Below, in pieces: positions 13,201 through 24,797 of a DNA stretch of 64,000 bases. The position numbers and the translations under genes are program-made. Source of the DNA: Hormiphora californensis (Eukaryota; Animalia; Ctenophora); assembly GCA_020137815.1 (NCBI GenBank), contig CM035356.1, positions 8,184,001-8,248,000 of the forward strand, in the 5' to 3' direction. Under the pieces are notes generated by a model that worked only from the letters and a program-made list of their open reading frames with translations, was not told the origin of the DNA and did no database searches. Position 1 is the stretch's first letter. Every line of letters begins with the position of its first letter.

Positions 13201-16200
13201 ATCGTTTCCTTCGACACCCTCTTCATGCACTAGCTAGCGGCATCACTTATGATGTTAGAACAGATGCTTCATCTGTTCTAATAACTGCAGTCGTCCTCTA
13301 TCATGTCTATAACAGGTCATGTTATAATATAGCGATCCATTAACTGATATTTAGACCACACTACCTCACAGCAGGCAGCAGGTCGTTTTCTGTGTTCATA
13401 AATAGGTTGAGTAAGGGGTTAAACGAGGGGCGTGGCTGTTTTGTGTATGGTTTTAGTTACAATAATTATTCACCACCGTGGCCGGCCTCTATCACTTTCT
13501 AGCTGGGTTAGAACATATAACAAGAGGGGGGGGGGTTAGAACATATAACAAGAGAGCTGGCGGTGGTAATTGATCCCTGCACTAGTTATTAGCTGAGAGC
13601 TTAGCCTAGGGTTGCACAACCACATCCTCCATTCCTCCAACTTTGGAAAGTGGCAATTATCATTGGAGCCAACTCATTTTCCCCTCTATTTTTGGCGATT
13701 AATTCCCTCCCCAACGAAGTTCTATCTTACTCTTACTGAAACAGTTTCACTAAAACTCCCCTCCACTCCCAGCTCTCACTGAAACTCCCCTCCACTCCCA
13801 GCTCTCACTAAAACTCCCCTCCAATTCCCTCTAAAACTCCACTCCCCTACTAACAGCGGGTACAATAACGCACGGTCTGGATCGGAGGATATCCTCGGGT
13901 GGGTTCATCCACGGGTTCCGCTACACAGCCCGCTCTCTGGGCCACATTCTGGCGGCACGGAACCATGGTATCCGGTGGCCCACTGTCTCTGTCCCCCTTA
14001 GCGGGGTTGTTCCAGCCATGATCAAGCGGCTAAACGAGATGAGCGGACCTTATCAGGTTGGTAATAATTTGTATATACAGGGTGGTTCAGAAACATGGAT
14101 CCACTTTGAGATAACTAATGTGTCAATACAGTTCGAGCTCTCCGATGTACAGTGTAATTAAAAAGGTATTTTCACGGTCTCTTGACTAGAAAAAGCGTCC
14201 CCTGAGGATTGAGATCGACAGAGAGTCACTCTTTCCTAAAAATTATCAGCCTGTCAACTGACAGGGTAACACGTTGAAATTTGGATCCGTACAATAGAGA
14301 GAGGATTGTATTTTTCCAGTTTTTATCTTCATGTGGCTCCATGTTTCTGAACCTACCCTCATCAGAAATTGGTGAGGAGAAATCTGGATTCATCTGGTGA
14401 GTCACCTGCATTAGTTCAGCTCGATTCTCCTGGTGAATAAATTTCTGATGGGGGTACTGTGTTTAGCAGCAGTTCACTCGTACAAATACGAAAACCCTAG
14501 GTACATGTCCCCCTGGAATTATGTATACGGCTGTGTCTATACCGGGTCCAGCTAATTACCCCATTTCTATTCTTCTTTGTCTTGAGTCATTTCCCTAGCC
14601 CCCCTCTAAACTAAAACATATACATGCCTGATGTGATTCAGCTTGTCTGTCCTCATTTCTTCCCTCATGTAAAATCTTACAATTGTGTAATTGTTAGATG
14701 TTACATGTGCAGTTATATATATTATGCAGTTATATATATTATAGAACCTCACATCCTATCCTCACTCAGATGTTCTATGTGTTAGTGGATGTGTATGTGA
14801 GGTATGGGGATCGAGTGGATATCCTCTATGATGTTCCACATGGTATGCTCCACAAGATACACGGTATGTTAAACAGGGTGGTTGCCATGGTTACCATGAT
14901 TACCAAGAGTTGCCATGGTTACCAAGAGTTGCCATGGTTACCAAAAGTTGCCGTGGGTTACCATACATTTGTCAGTTATAATCTAAGCTGATTGACCAGA
15001 AACAACCTCTGATATTGCATAAAAACTAATTAGTAATTTCCTGCAGAGTTGTTGGCCGAAAAGAGGAGCAGTAAGTTGGATATGATTGTTACTCGCCTGG
15101 TCTATGGAGCAGAGTACTCCAAAGTGGGAGGGGATCCTTTCAGATTAGATCGAGTAGAGGTAGGTTATTATTTGTTCTAACCCTTTCGGAGCTCACGAAA
15201 AGAGGGTCGAGCTAGGCAAGTTATTATTGAAGTTGCAGCAGGTTATTAGATAAACAATATCGAGAGAATCATGTGATTGGGAGAGATCTGGGGTACGGAA
15301 TATATGAGTAAAACGGCTGGTATAGTCTAGGTGCAAGTCTTATTAAAATTATTATTATAGTAGGGCGATATACCAGGGACTTATTGGGTAGAAATATTGA
15401 CAGATATGATAGGGGGTTATTGCGGTATAATATTAGTAGTTATATTGCAATTTGATGTCGTCAAGAAGAGGAGGAGTACCCTTTCACTGCACAATGATTA
15501 TTAGCTTGAATCATATTGGATAGATCTACCTAGGATGAGTCATGGTGAAATATGTCGTCAAAAGGATCCCAAATAGGAATTAATTTCATAGCCCCCATAG
15601 CCCCTGTCTCCTATGAAATGAATTCACCAGACTCCAGTTCAATGACTATAATACTTTTAGCTGGTTTACCTGTCACCACTCATGGATGAGGTAGTTTTAT
15701 TTCTCTCCAGGCACTGACTAACTAACCATCCCCATATCCCCCAGGCTGATTCCTACCTAGCACTGCTCCTTCACAAAACTAACCATCCCTTCATTCCCCC
15801 AGGCTGATCCCTTCCTAGCACTGCTCCTTCATAAAACTAACCATCCCTATATTCCCCAGGCTGATCCCTTCCTAGCAGTGCTCCTTCATAAAACTAACCA
15901 TCCATTCATTCCCCCAGGCTGATTCCTACCTAGCACTGCTCCTCCATAAAACTAACCATCCCTATATTCCCCCAGACTGATCCCTTCCTGGCACACACGT
16001 GTAACTTCATCCACCCTGTTGTCTACCACTTCACCTCCCTGCCCCATGTTGTGCCCGTCAAATCGAAGGAGCTGAGGGGTGCTCGGAGTAAGATACACCT
16101 TCCAGAAGATCTGTATACCGATTTTGGCACACTAAACCATCACGTGGAACCTCTTAGCAACTTCATAGGTTTGTTATGATAAAAAAGAGCGATAAAGGGA

Positions 16201-16979
16201 GTTATATTAAGATACCATTCTTAGATACTCTAAAATGTTCATGATCTCTCTTATATCTCTCACTTGTAAGACATCATGAATGACGAAGCTCAATAAGCGC
16301 TTCTATTACTTGTACATAGTAGTAATTATGTTTTATCTACAACAACAAACGCGATATGATATCATATAGTTGTACGATATTATCACTATCGTGTTTTAAT
16401 TTTCAATATCTAAAAGACCACTCACTCTCTCTCTTTCTAGTCAGTCTCTCTCCTTTTAGGAACGGTCTGGAATGCTGATCTCCAATTCCGGGATCCTATC
16501 AACTGTCTGACGACCACTCTGACTCACTCTGGTATTTCTGGGACGTGCCTCAAAAGAATGCCTATTGTTACTCAAGGTAAAGTTATCAAAAGTATTGAAA
16601 ATATTGAAAACATTTTCTTTTCTCCAATGCCAATGGTGGATTGAGTCATCAATACACTGGAGAGAGAGAGAGAGAGAGAGAGATAGAAATCTGCTAATAG
16701 TAGTAAGACTCATGGCAGTGGTGGACATATCATAAAACGTTTGCTTCGAGTCTAACTCAGCTCTGCCGCCAAAGTTTCGTGTGATCGACTCCTAATAGTT
16801 GGAACGCGCGGAGCTTTGGTTGCATAATGTCAGCACTTTGTAGAGTAGCGCGCCGCGCCGCGCAAATCACTCGAGAGAGAAAAAACTAAAACCCGGTTCT
16901 TTTTTCAGGTTCAAAGATGAAACCGGTTCGAGTTTCCGCCACGCTGACCCCTCCGTTGAACTTGGCGTCGTGTCTATGA
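4619..16979 (+). CDS. FOXRED2: FAD-dependent oxidoreductase domain-containing protein 2 (ERFAD)-like, ~16 exons
   Basis: Signal peptide, then [19 protein letters not shown] (Rossmann GxGxxG), [101 protein letters not shown]. Approximate exons 4619-4709, 4777-4848, 5007-5185, 5431-5582, 5965-6019, 10971-11037, 11484-11550, 11693-11800, 12249-12379, 12978-13084, 13857-14055, 14770-14862, 15047-15159, 15976-16169, 16460-16576, 16909-16979. Last exon uncertain (alternative stop at 16644). Confidence 0.93.
7129..8373 (+). repeat. ~200-bp direct repeat pair (7129-7327 and 8175-8373) flanking the non-LTR fragment
   Basis: GGTTCTAATTG(G/C)CAATTATGGCACCACG...TTCGAAATCAA occurs twice; two mismatches seen by eye. 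Confidence 0.9.
7328..8174 (-). mobile_element. 5'-truncated non-LTR retrotransposon with restriction-like endonuclease C-terminus (HERO/R2-group-like) plus 3' UTR
   Basis: ORF 7851-8189(-): [50 protein letters not shown]...AAHCSMWIY matches the ELTxPxEE..K..KY..L....GW.....VEVGxRG pattern of HERO-type RLE domains. Confidence 0.8.
10291..10715. mobile_element. Penelope-like (PLE-derived) non-autonomous insertion: perfect ~384-bp palindrome plus ~43-bp tail, 16-bp TSD
   Basis: Palindrome 10289-10672 centred on GACACTC|GAGTGTC at 10480/10481; TSD GAGCTATCACATTGCA at 10275-10290 and 10716-10731; minimal hammerhead core in each arm. Confidence 0.8.
10519..10572 (+). ncRNA. Minimal type I hammerhead ribozyme (mirror copy on - strand at ~10389-10442)
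   Basis: CTGATGA-GGGC-tattttac-GCC-GAAAC-GTC: conserved core boxes, short stem II, and a collapsed stem III with GUC cleavage triplet typical of PLE hammerheads. Confidence 0.8.
15721..15995 (+). repeat. Minisatellite (~57-58 bp x5) built from a 3' splice site plus exon start
   Basis: Unit ACTAACCATCCC..TCCCCCAG|GCTGAT(T/C)CC..CCTAGCACTGCTCCTTCATAAA; the last copy is the real acceptor (15975). Confidence 0.9.
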
Positions 16980-17282
16980 GCAAATGATGAACCATGGCCC
17001 CTGAATTTTCTTCTTTTATTTCATCTGAGCTGCGGGACACTGCGAAATTACTTTTTCCATGCTGGCATGAGCTAATTTGTTCTTAATTTCTTTTTTTCCA
17101 GTGACCTTCAATTCATTTCTTCGAAATCTTTCTTGCAATTTTAGAAACCAATGGTTATAATTTCGTATAATTTAAACACTATCCACAATAAACACAGACA
17201 TTTGATTTTATGTCTATCACCATATCTAAAAACCTAAAAAATCACCCAATATTGTCCCTCACGGTCGTCCCTAAATGCAATC

Positions 17283-20200
17283 TTAAAACTGAAGGAACAT
17301 CATTGTGATAACTGTCACAATTACCACCAGACTCGATTGGATATTCTGTGCTGCGGATTTTCCAGGATCAATTATCATTCCTTCCGTCGGGGCTGAAACA
17401 AAGATGATGAATGACTTAATTTTTTCTTTTTTCACTCGTTAAATGCTAATCCTATTCCGGCTCACGCCTCATGGGTAACAGACTAAAAACTACCGAAACT
17501 GTCCCTTGATTATGCTCATGCAATTACAAATGGTATTGCTCGACGCTCGTATTGTCCATTTTAGTAGCGCGAGCGGTCTGCAACGTTCTCCCTGGACTAG
17601 AAGTCCCTGGATACCCAGCCAGAGCCACCCTTGCCTTGTTCGACCCTCCCTCAAAAGGTTTGAACAAAACAAAGCCACCCCTACATACCTAGTGTTGCTG
17701 ATGTGGAGTAGTACTGATCGTATGATGAACACGACAAATCTCGGGTATCGCAAAACAGCTCCGAGGGAGCGACCTCAGGGTTACACTTTTGCTCCTCCAG
17801 AGTGAATTGTGGGGTTGGTTGGGTGTAGGTGGCGATCTCTTTTCCGTTCCAGCATTCCGTGTCTACCTCTGTAAAAGGGTATCTGATCAACATGATCAAC
17901 AAAAATGAAATTCAGCTGGGCTGGGAGGTATTGTTTGTCAATCTACTATATTGATGGACAAACTTTTCAGCAGCGTGGACACGACTGCACACCAATAGTG
18001 TTCCTCGTCCTATCTTGACTCTATGGTGCCGGCGCCCCCATCTGAGCATACTGTCAAATTGGGATCTGGCACCGCCAGACACTTGGCTATAATGTGTTCT
18101 AAATTGTCTACAATCTCTTACCGTATTGTACGTCGCTGATGGTGGAGCTCTCGGAGCAAATGGAATCGGGCACCTTCGCCAATCGATCCTTCATACCGGG
18201 TGAAAAGATTCCCTTCTTGATTGCATCTATTTGCAGGGACTTCTGCAGAACAAAAAAGACAATCATGTACCAGATATATGAGTTAGTAAATTGCTCTTTT
18301 ATATAATGATACAAGTTTATGTATTTGATAGTGCAGTTCTTTGTGAAGTCCTACTTCAAGAAGGGTATGCTATGATTATGGTTTGTTGTGGACCTTTCAG
18401 CTCGATGAATCGATGATTGCAATTTGCGAGAAGCAATTCAAAGTCTGATTATTATAGCAGTGTAATTACCGATGAAAGGATTCCCATTTAAAGATTCTAC
18501 AAAGGATAGCGATCGATCTATTTCACAATTGCATCACGAAGCTCTTTTACTGGCCCGTTAGATTACACAAAAGTGGATCTTTTTCGCAGTAGTTGCTGCA
18601 GTGCTTGAACGGTATCTCTCTCTATATGGATGATCACGCCGACAACTCTATCGATCTCATCTCTCTGGGCGGTGTCTCCCTGGTTTGCCTCCTTGGATCC
18701 CTAACTGGCAACTCCATCCTTGCTGTTTCGTTCCGGAGAAAGACCCTGCCTGCCTTTTTCCTCCCCCAGACAAGCTCCCTCCTCTTCCAACTCTCCATCG
18801 CAGACCTACTGTGGAGCATCATCTGGAGTGGACCATTTGTTGTCAGCTCCTTGTCTGGTACCTGCATCAAACATGAATGGGTCATCCTGTTCCTGACGAC
18901 AGCCGAGATGATCATATTATTCCAGCAGGTCACCCTCTTGGCCATTCTAAACACCTCCCTGTACCTGCGAGCCGTGCTACGATCCGACTTGGTCCTAAAT
19001 CCCAAGGTGGTGTGGGCTGTGAGAACAGTGGCAGTGGCAGTTGCAGTTGGTACGGTCCTAACAGGTGGAACTGTTGATAACTGCTCTATCGCACGTCCCT
19101 TCATCTACCTAACTGACCCCCTCACTGCTGGACTCTTCTTCCTCGGCTTCTCCATCCCCCTCTGTATGGCTGTGGCAGGTTCTGGATCCCTGTGGATCCG
19201 CAGACTTCACAAGGCGACCGACAGGAGAGATCGCATGATGGCACTCTACTTGACCAATCTAACCCTGCTCTGCCTCCTACCCCTTACAATCTACATGTTC
19301 TTCGTGCCGCTGGAGTCCCTTCCCCAGTCCCTACTCAGGGTGTCTCTCTTGGTGGTTACTGATGTGCCGATTGCAGGGAGAATCATGGTCTATTTCCTGG
19401 TCGTGGGACGCTGGTGGACTGGACGTGTGGTGGGGGAGAACGGCCAGCCAAACGGGATTGAAATGGAGAACTTCCAACAATGAACACGATTAATGAAGAT
19501 TTGAAAGATTTGAAAAACTTTAGATGAACAAGAATATTAGCCTTTTTGTTGAAAAACTGTGCTGTGCTGATTATTTGCTGAAGTTTTGTGTTTTGATGTA
19601 AAAGAGAATTATACGTTACCTTTCCCAAATCCTTCATTTTATCCGAATCCCGTATTCCAACAAAACAATCACTGCTCCACTTTCCCGCCTCATTCAGCGC
19701 CCCCAACTCCTCACCCAGCACATCCCCTAGGTCCTCGTAGAATGACTCCCGGGCCTCGGCTACTCCCCTCAGCTTGGCATGGAAGGTCTCCATTTCCTCT
19801 GTCCAGGATTCCCATTGGACGGTGTAACAGAGGAGACCTCGGAGACAGCCCCGGACCACGTTTATACACGTGTGGAAACAGGTAGGAACTTGGGCTGTGG
19901 CGTCAAGACATTGTTTGCAACCAAGTCCTGAGGGAATAAGGGAAGCAATTAGGGTTGAGAGTACACGGACATGAATTGATTAAGCATTGTATTCGTTAGG
20001 AAAGCGAAGTATAAAAAAGGGGGAAGAGTTAAAGCAGCTCGGTTATCATTCTAAAATTGACAACAACAACACTGTTGATGACTTTAGTATCGGTCCAAGC
20101 CTATGCTTTGTGTCTGCTGTAGACCCAAGTCTTGTGTTTACGTAGGAACAAAATGTACCACTGAGTATCACTGCGCTGGCAAGCGCAAAGGTGGTCCCAT

Positions 20201-23200
20201 CCCATCCCCCCAAAAACTTTTTCCGAAAAAGTGGGCCCGCTTGCCAACTTGGATCCATCGCATCCTATTCTCGCTCCGCGAATAATAGATGTGAGATCGA
20301 CCTCGGTCGCTGCGCGACCTCGATCTCACTCAGGCATCAATGTGGCCAACTTGCCAACAGCGTAGATATAACAATTTTGAAGTTTTAGCCCATTTTGGCA
20401 CTTTTCGACCCCTCCTAACTCCGGAACCAGATAAGCTAGGAGGCTGAAATTTGGTACTAAGAAGCTTCACATAGACCTCTACTGACGGTAAAAATTTCAA
20501 GTAGCTAGCTCATTCCGGTCGCAAGTTATGATACCACCCCCAAAACAGAAAATTCAGTGTGGCGATAGGTATATAGATATATATATATAGACGCTTCACT
20601 GTGTAACACTTGTAGCCTGAACCATACTAGCTAGAGACTTGAACCAAGTTTTATCCGTTAGGAAATCGTTCGGGGCATGCATTAGTTAAGGTTTCAAGTG
20701 AAAATGTCCACTATGACGGGCGTAATGACGTCACAAAGTGACGTCATTAAAAAATCTCAGACCAAATATTTTCAAACGCCTCTAGCACCCTCAAGACATT
20801 TTCCAATTCCTGATTTGACGCAAAATCGTTAGTGGCAAATTGTCTGAACTTTTAGATACTATATCGCAAATTTTTCTAACTTGTCATTTTTAGACCATCA
20901 GTTGACTCTTGAGAGACAGATATTCAATGTTAAGAAACAGTGTGGCCTTATGCTCAAGAACTTGTGGCAGGTCAACAAGTGTCTTGACAAAGATACCAAG
21001 ATTATGTTGGTCAAGCAACTGGTCATTTCCCGGATTGATTACTGCAACATCCTTTACTATGGACTACCTAAGAGGATATTGAGGTATCTTCAGAAGACCC
21101 TGAATTCTTGTGTGCGTTTCATTTTCAATCTAAAGGGACATCAGGATGACTACACAGAATACTACAAGGAGGCACACATTCTACCTATTGAGCAGAGGCT
21201 GACTTTCAAGGCATGTCTCTTGGCGTACAAGATTGTACGAGGCACTGCACCCAAGTATCTGATGGACCTGGTCCCTCGTGATGACAATCCTGAACCTGTA
21301 AAACCTACCCGATCTACCTCAGTTCCAGATTTCTTCAGGTTGAAATATCCAAAGCTCTCAAGTGTAAATGCGAATTCTAAGTTAAGAAGGAGGAGGATCT
21401 CTGTATTCCTGCCGGAAGTGTGGAACTCCCTGCCATTGGAGTTAAGGTCTGTTCACCCTGTTGAACTCTTCAAGACAAGGCTTAAGACCCGGCTATTTAA
21501 GGAAGCTTTCGTTGATCCAGAGAGCAGTAGCACCTGAGTCATCTCGTCTTTGGGTCACTGGTTCTGTTCTGGTCTGGGTTTAGTGTTCCCCTTAGGCAGA
21601 CGTTTATTTAGACAGTGTTATTCCTCATTACATTTACCGGGCTTGCAGTAATAGCTGCTGACTTTTTAATAGCTTTGAGAGCTGCTGTCTTTGAGTAGCA
21701 TGAGAGCTGCTGACTTTGTAATTTAGCTTATTCAGTGTGAGAGCATTTTTATGCCTATCTAAGTTGGTTCGTATTTTATGAGGCCCGTATTTTCATCAAT
21801 AAAAGTCTATCTATGGTGTGTTTAAATCCAGATTTTAATAGTGTGTGTCATAAGTAAGGAAGGTGTTATAATTTAGGTATACCGCTCTGACGCTGAGCAG
21901 TGTCAGTCAAAATTCAGTTTGCTGGCCCTGTTTTGCCTGGGCGGTATACAAAAACTTATATTATTATTATTATTATTATTATAGACCTTAAAACGCGTCG
22001 GAACTCAAAAGTTTGATGTGAAAATCCACGTAAAAACTTACATTTCGTGCAATAACTTCAGTTCTTGACTACCATGGCCTTTAAAACTTTTCACACGTTT
22101 AGTGCTTCATTGGCCAATTAGTCTGTAATAATTTTTTACGTCGTCGTGACGTCACGTGTGACGTCACGACGTCAAAACGACGTCGAATTTTGAAAATTTC
22201 GTCAAATCAGTTTCCTACAACCCAGGTACATTTGAATTACATTTGAACACTTTAGTTGACAATTAGCTTAGTTGTTTGAGGTCATAAATGACCTCAAACG
22301 ACCAAAAAAAGAGTATAAATTTAGAGCAAAAACTAATTGAAATTAGTTCGCCAGAAAGGTGGCCCATTTGAACATACTCCTTCATTTCCGTCACCTTTGA
22401 GTTGAAGGCGGAAAAGTTTACGGATACCTCAATGTCTTTGAAGCCTCAACTCAAAGGTGACGGAAATGAAGGAGTATGTTCAAATGGGCCACCTTTCTGG
22501 CGAACTAATTTCAATTAGTTTTTGCTCTAAATTATAATATACAGAATATACAATTATGCCTGAGTGTTAACTGTAAACTGAATGCGTGTCTATCCAACAA
22601 AATAACCGCAACTGTATTGGAACCGGATAGTATGCGAGTCGCGAAGCTTATCAACTTTATTACCGTTAATAGGTCATCATCAGTCGTTGACTGAGAGGTG
22701 AGTCTAGTAGAAGCTAGTAATTACCCATTGGTTTTAAGACAAAATATAGTGTAAAAACCAATTGCTTTTTTCCAACCCTGCGTAATTTGAGGGATTTGAT
22801 CGGTATAAAAACCAATGTGTATTACCTGCAAAAAGTGAAGATCTCAGAACAGCCGCATCACACCGTTCGGACCGACCCATTTTCTCCATATCTGTCTTTA
22901 TAGCAGTCAGTATCTTTTCTCCCCGCCTCAGACTCCCCAAGACATCCCTATACGTGAACACCACCTCCTCTACCCTCTCCAAAACCGCTTTCCGGGTCCG
23001 CTCAAGGCCACTGAGGCACTTGTCAGCGTTGGAGCCGTAATCTGCGCCGTAGACCACAGAGAAGAAGTGTGATAGTTTGGCTGTTGTGATCTCGTTCAGG
23101 TTGTCCAGTTCATCGTCCAAGTAAGTGAGCATGAGACCGGCTGTTTTAGAGCCATCTGCTTCCTTTATCATACTCTCTATTTGCCCTGAAATTATCATGT

Positions 23201-24342
23201 ACTTATAGCTTTAACGATTCTAAATGAAATCAAAGCGTGCCTCTTGCCGAGCCCTATAGTTCTCTGTTGTGGGCCTAAAGCGCATGCTAAACGTTTAGTT
23301 CATCACACTATAATATGGCCTAATTTTTAGACAAACTCATGGTACCAAAGAGAGTTGTACACGAATCGTAGTAATGCCCCCCCCCCCCCTCCGCACCATC
23401 ATACTTACTTCTGACATCACGCCTGATCTGTTTCACCTCATCTTCAATGGTTTGGAGTGCTATGGTAACCGCATAGATACTAAATACCTCCCCACTCGCC
23501 TCCTTGAGAAGCTGAAAGAGATGGTTACATTCTTTAAAAGGTGGGCGATTTTATTGGGGTTTATGACAATCTGGAGGGCCAAGGTGGCCAGAAAATACGT
23601 CCTTCAAAGTTAATGAGAGCTAGTGCTAGTGAAATATCTCAACACATCCCCCTCTCCAATCTATAAAAATATATGCTATCATATACATGATATATCATAG
23701 CACGATATCTATATCTCCTCTCCCAACAAGAAATATGTTTTATAACTTCAAAAGATGCAAGTTATGAGGGCGATATCTTTATCTAAGTGGTACTATTCTG
23801 ATATACAGGTGATATATTTCTACATATCTGGACTATTGTAGAATATCTATATCGGTAACTGGTTCTTCTATATCGCTTGTCCGAGATTCAAGGATCACTC
23901 ACCGTTTCAGAGCTGTTGGTGCAACATGAATCGGACGTTTCACAAGTTACCAATCCCTCCACCACTCCACTCTCGGCTGGATGCCTGGACGTTGCTTCAC
24001 TGGTCAGATTCGATGAATACATCTGGGGGTGGAAATGGTTTGCTTACAGTGCCGCTTGACTAGTGGAGATACCGTGTTTGAAAAACGGTACACAAACGTA
24101 CCATCTGTGTAACGTGCGGGTACTAAACTAATAAAGTTCACTAGTCAGAACAATCCAGGGCTGTGATTGGTCAAGCTTCCACGTATTCTTACGGTATTTC
24201 ATAGAAACAGATTCGGAAATTTACAGTTTACCTGGTCAACTGTAACGATGTAATCCCCGAGGATGGAGCACGAATCTCCAGTTACCATGGTAACCATGGT
24301 AACCATGGTTACCGTTAACAACAAGACTCCCCTAATTGCCAT
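17283..24342 (-). CDS. GPC: Glypican-family GPI-anchored protein, 8 exons
   Basis: Signal peptide MAIRGVLLLTVTMVTMVTMVTG; CETSDSCC; CKQCLD..PTCFHTCINVVRGCL...W; KVPDSIC; CWNGK..Y....QKCNPEV; C-terminal KSAAQNIQSSLVVIVTVITMMFLQF* (GPI-type signal). Approximate exons 24342-24232, 24023-23904, 23512-23410, 23187-22826, 19927-19619, 18242-18122, 17868-17689, 17391-17283; phases consistent. Confidence 0.88.
18626..19483 (+). CDS. Intronless rhodopsin-class (class A-like) 7TM GPCR nested antisense in a glypican intron
   Basis: 285-aa ORF from the ATG at 18626 with multiple hydrophobic helices; TM1 GSLTGNSIL, TM2 LFQLSIADLL, extracellular Cys; DRY and NPxxY motifs are degenerate. Confidence 0.8.
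   Translation: MDDHADNSIDLISLGGVSLVCLLGSLTGNSILAVSFRRKTLPAFFLPQTSSLLFQLSIADLLWSIIWSGPFVVSSLSGTCIKHEWVILFLTTAEMIILFQQVTLLAILNTSLYLRAVLRSDLVLNPKVVWAVRTVAVAVAVGTVLTGGTVDNCSIARPFIYLTDPLTAGLFFLGFSIPLCMAVAGSGSLWIRRLHKATDRRDRMMALYLTNLTLLCLLPLTIYMFFVPLESLPQSLLRVSLLVVTDVPIAGRIMVYFLVVGRWWTGRVVGENGQPNGIEMENFQQ
20285..22533 (-). mobile_element. Helitron/Helentron-like non-autonomous element, interrupted by a LINE
   Basis: GC-rich terminal hairpin GTGAGATCGA..GGTCGC.GCGACC.TCGATCTCAC at ~20290-20330; ~90-bp inverted repeat at the other end (22317-22405 / 22446-22533); sequence is continuous across the LINE insertion. Class assignment is inference. Confidence 0.45.
20897..21981 (+). mobile_element. 5'-truncated LINE (L2/CR1-group RT C-terminus) with 3' UTR and (TTA)n tail
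   Basis: ORF 20881-21537: LVISRIDYCNILYYGLP..LQKTLNSCVRFI...HILPIEQR..FK..LL.YK...P.YL...WNSLP...FKTRLKT; (TTA)n at ~21957-21980; TAGACC duplicated on both sides. Confidence 0.88.
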
Positions 24343-24783
24343 ACTACTAACACACTATTGTCACGACTTCACACTTGTCTATATAGCAATACTTTCAACG
24401 CAAACAAGGCTGGAAATGAGTTGATTGTTATCGTACAGGCCCATCACACAGCAACTAGCATTTGGTATGATGCTAGTCACACAGTGAGAGAGGTGGGTGT
24501 ATGTGTTGTCTCAAAATAAAAAACAAACACCCACACACACTCTTTAAGTTGCACAAAAGTGTTATGTTTATTAGCTGTGTCATTAAAGGGTGTTTTAGCG
24601 TGGAAAAGATACGGCGAAAAATGATACTTTCGAAGGTGCCACCTTCAAACGGTTTAAACTGACTGAGCCATGTTTAAGACAGACAGAAACACTAAGTAGC
24701 ATGTGTGTGAAGTATAAATTGTTTATGTATACAATGATTTCATATGTTACCATACATGTCATTAGATCACTTCTCACAATTAT

Positions 24784-24797
24784 GTTGTCATGGAAAC
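24784..24797. promoter_or_regulatory. RFX X-box-like palindrome upstream of the glypican start
   Basis: GTTGTCATGGAAAC fits the X-box consensus GTNRCC/T-AT-RGYAAC, ~440 bp upstream of the ATG at 24342. Confidence 0.45.

Noticed and set aside
15721-15995. CRISPR-like appearance of regularly spaced repeats (also 44570-44910, 59265-59470)
   Set aside because: No unique spacers, no cas genes, eukaryotic context; these are minisatellites.
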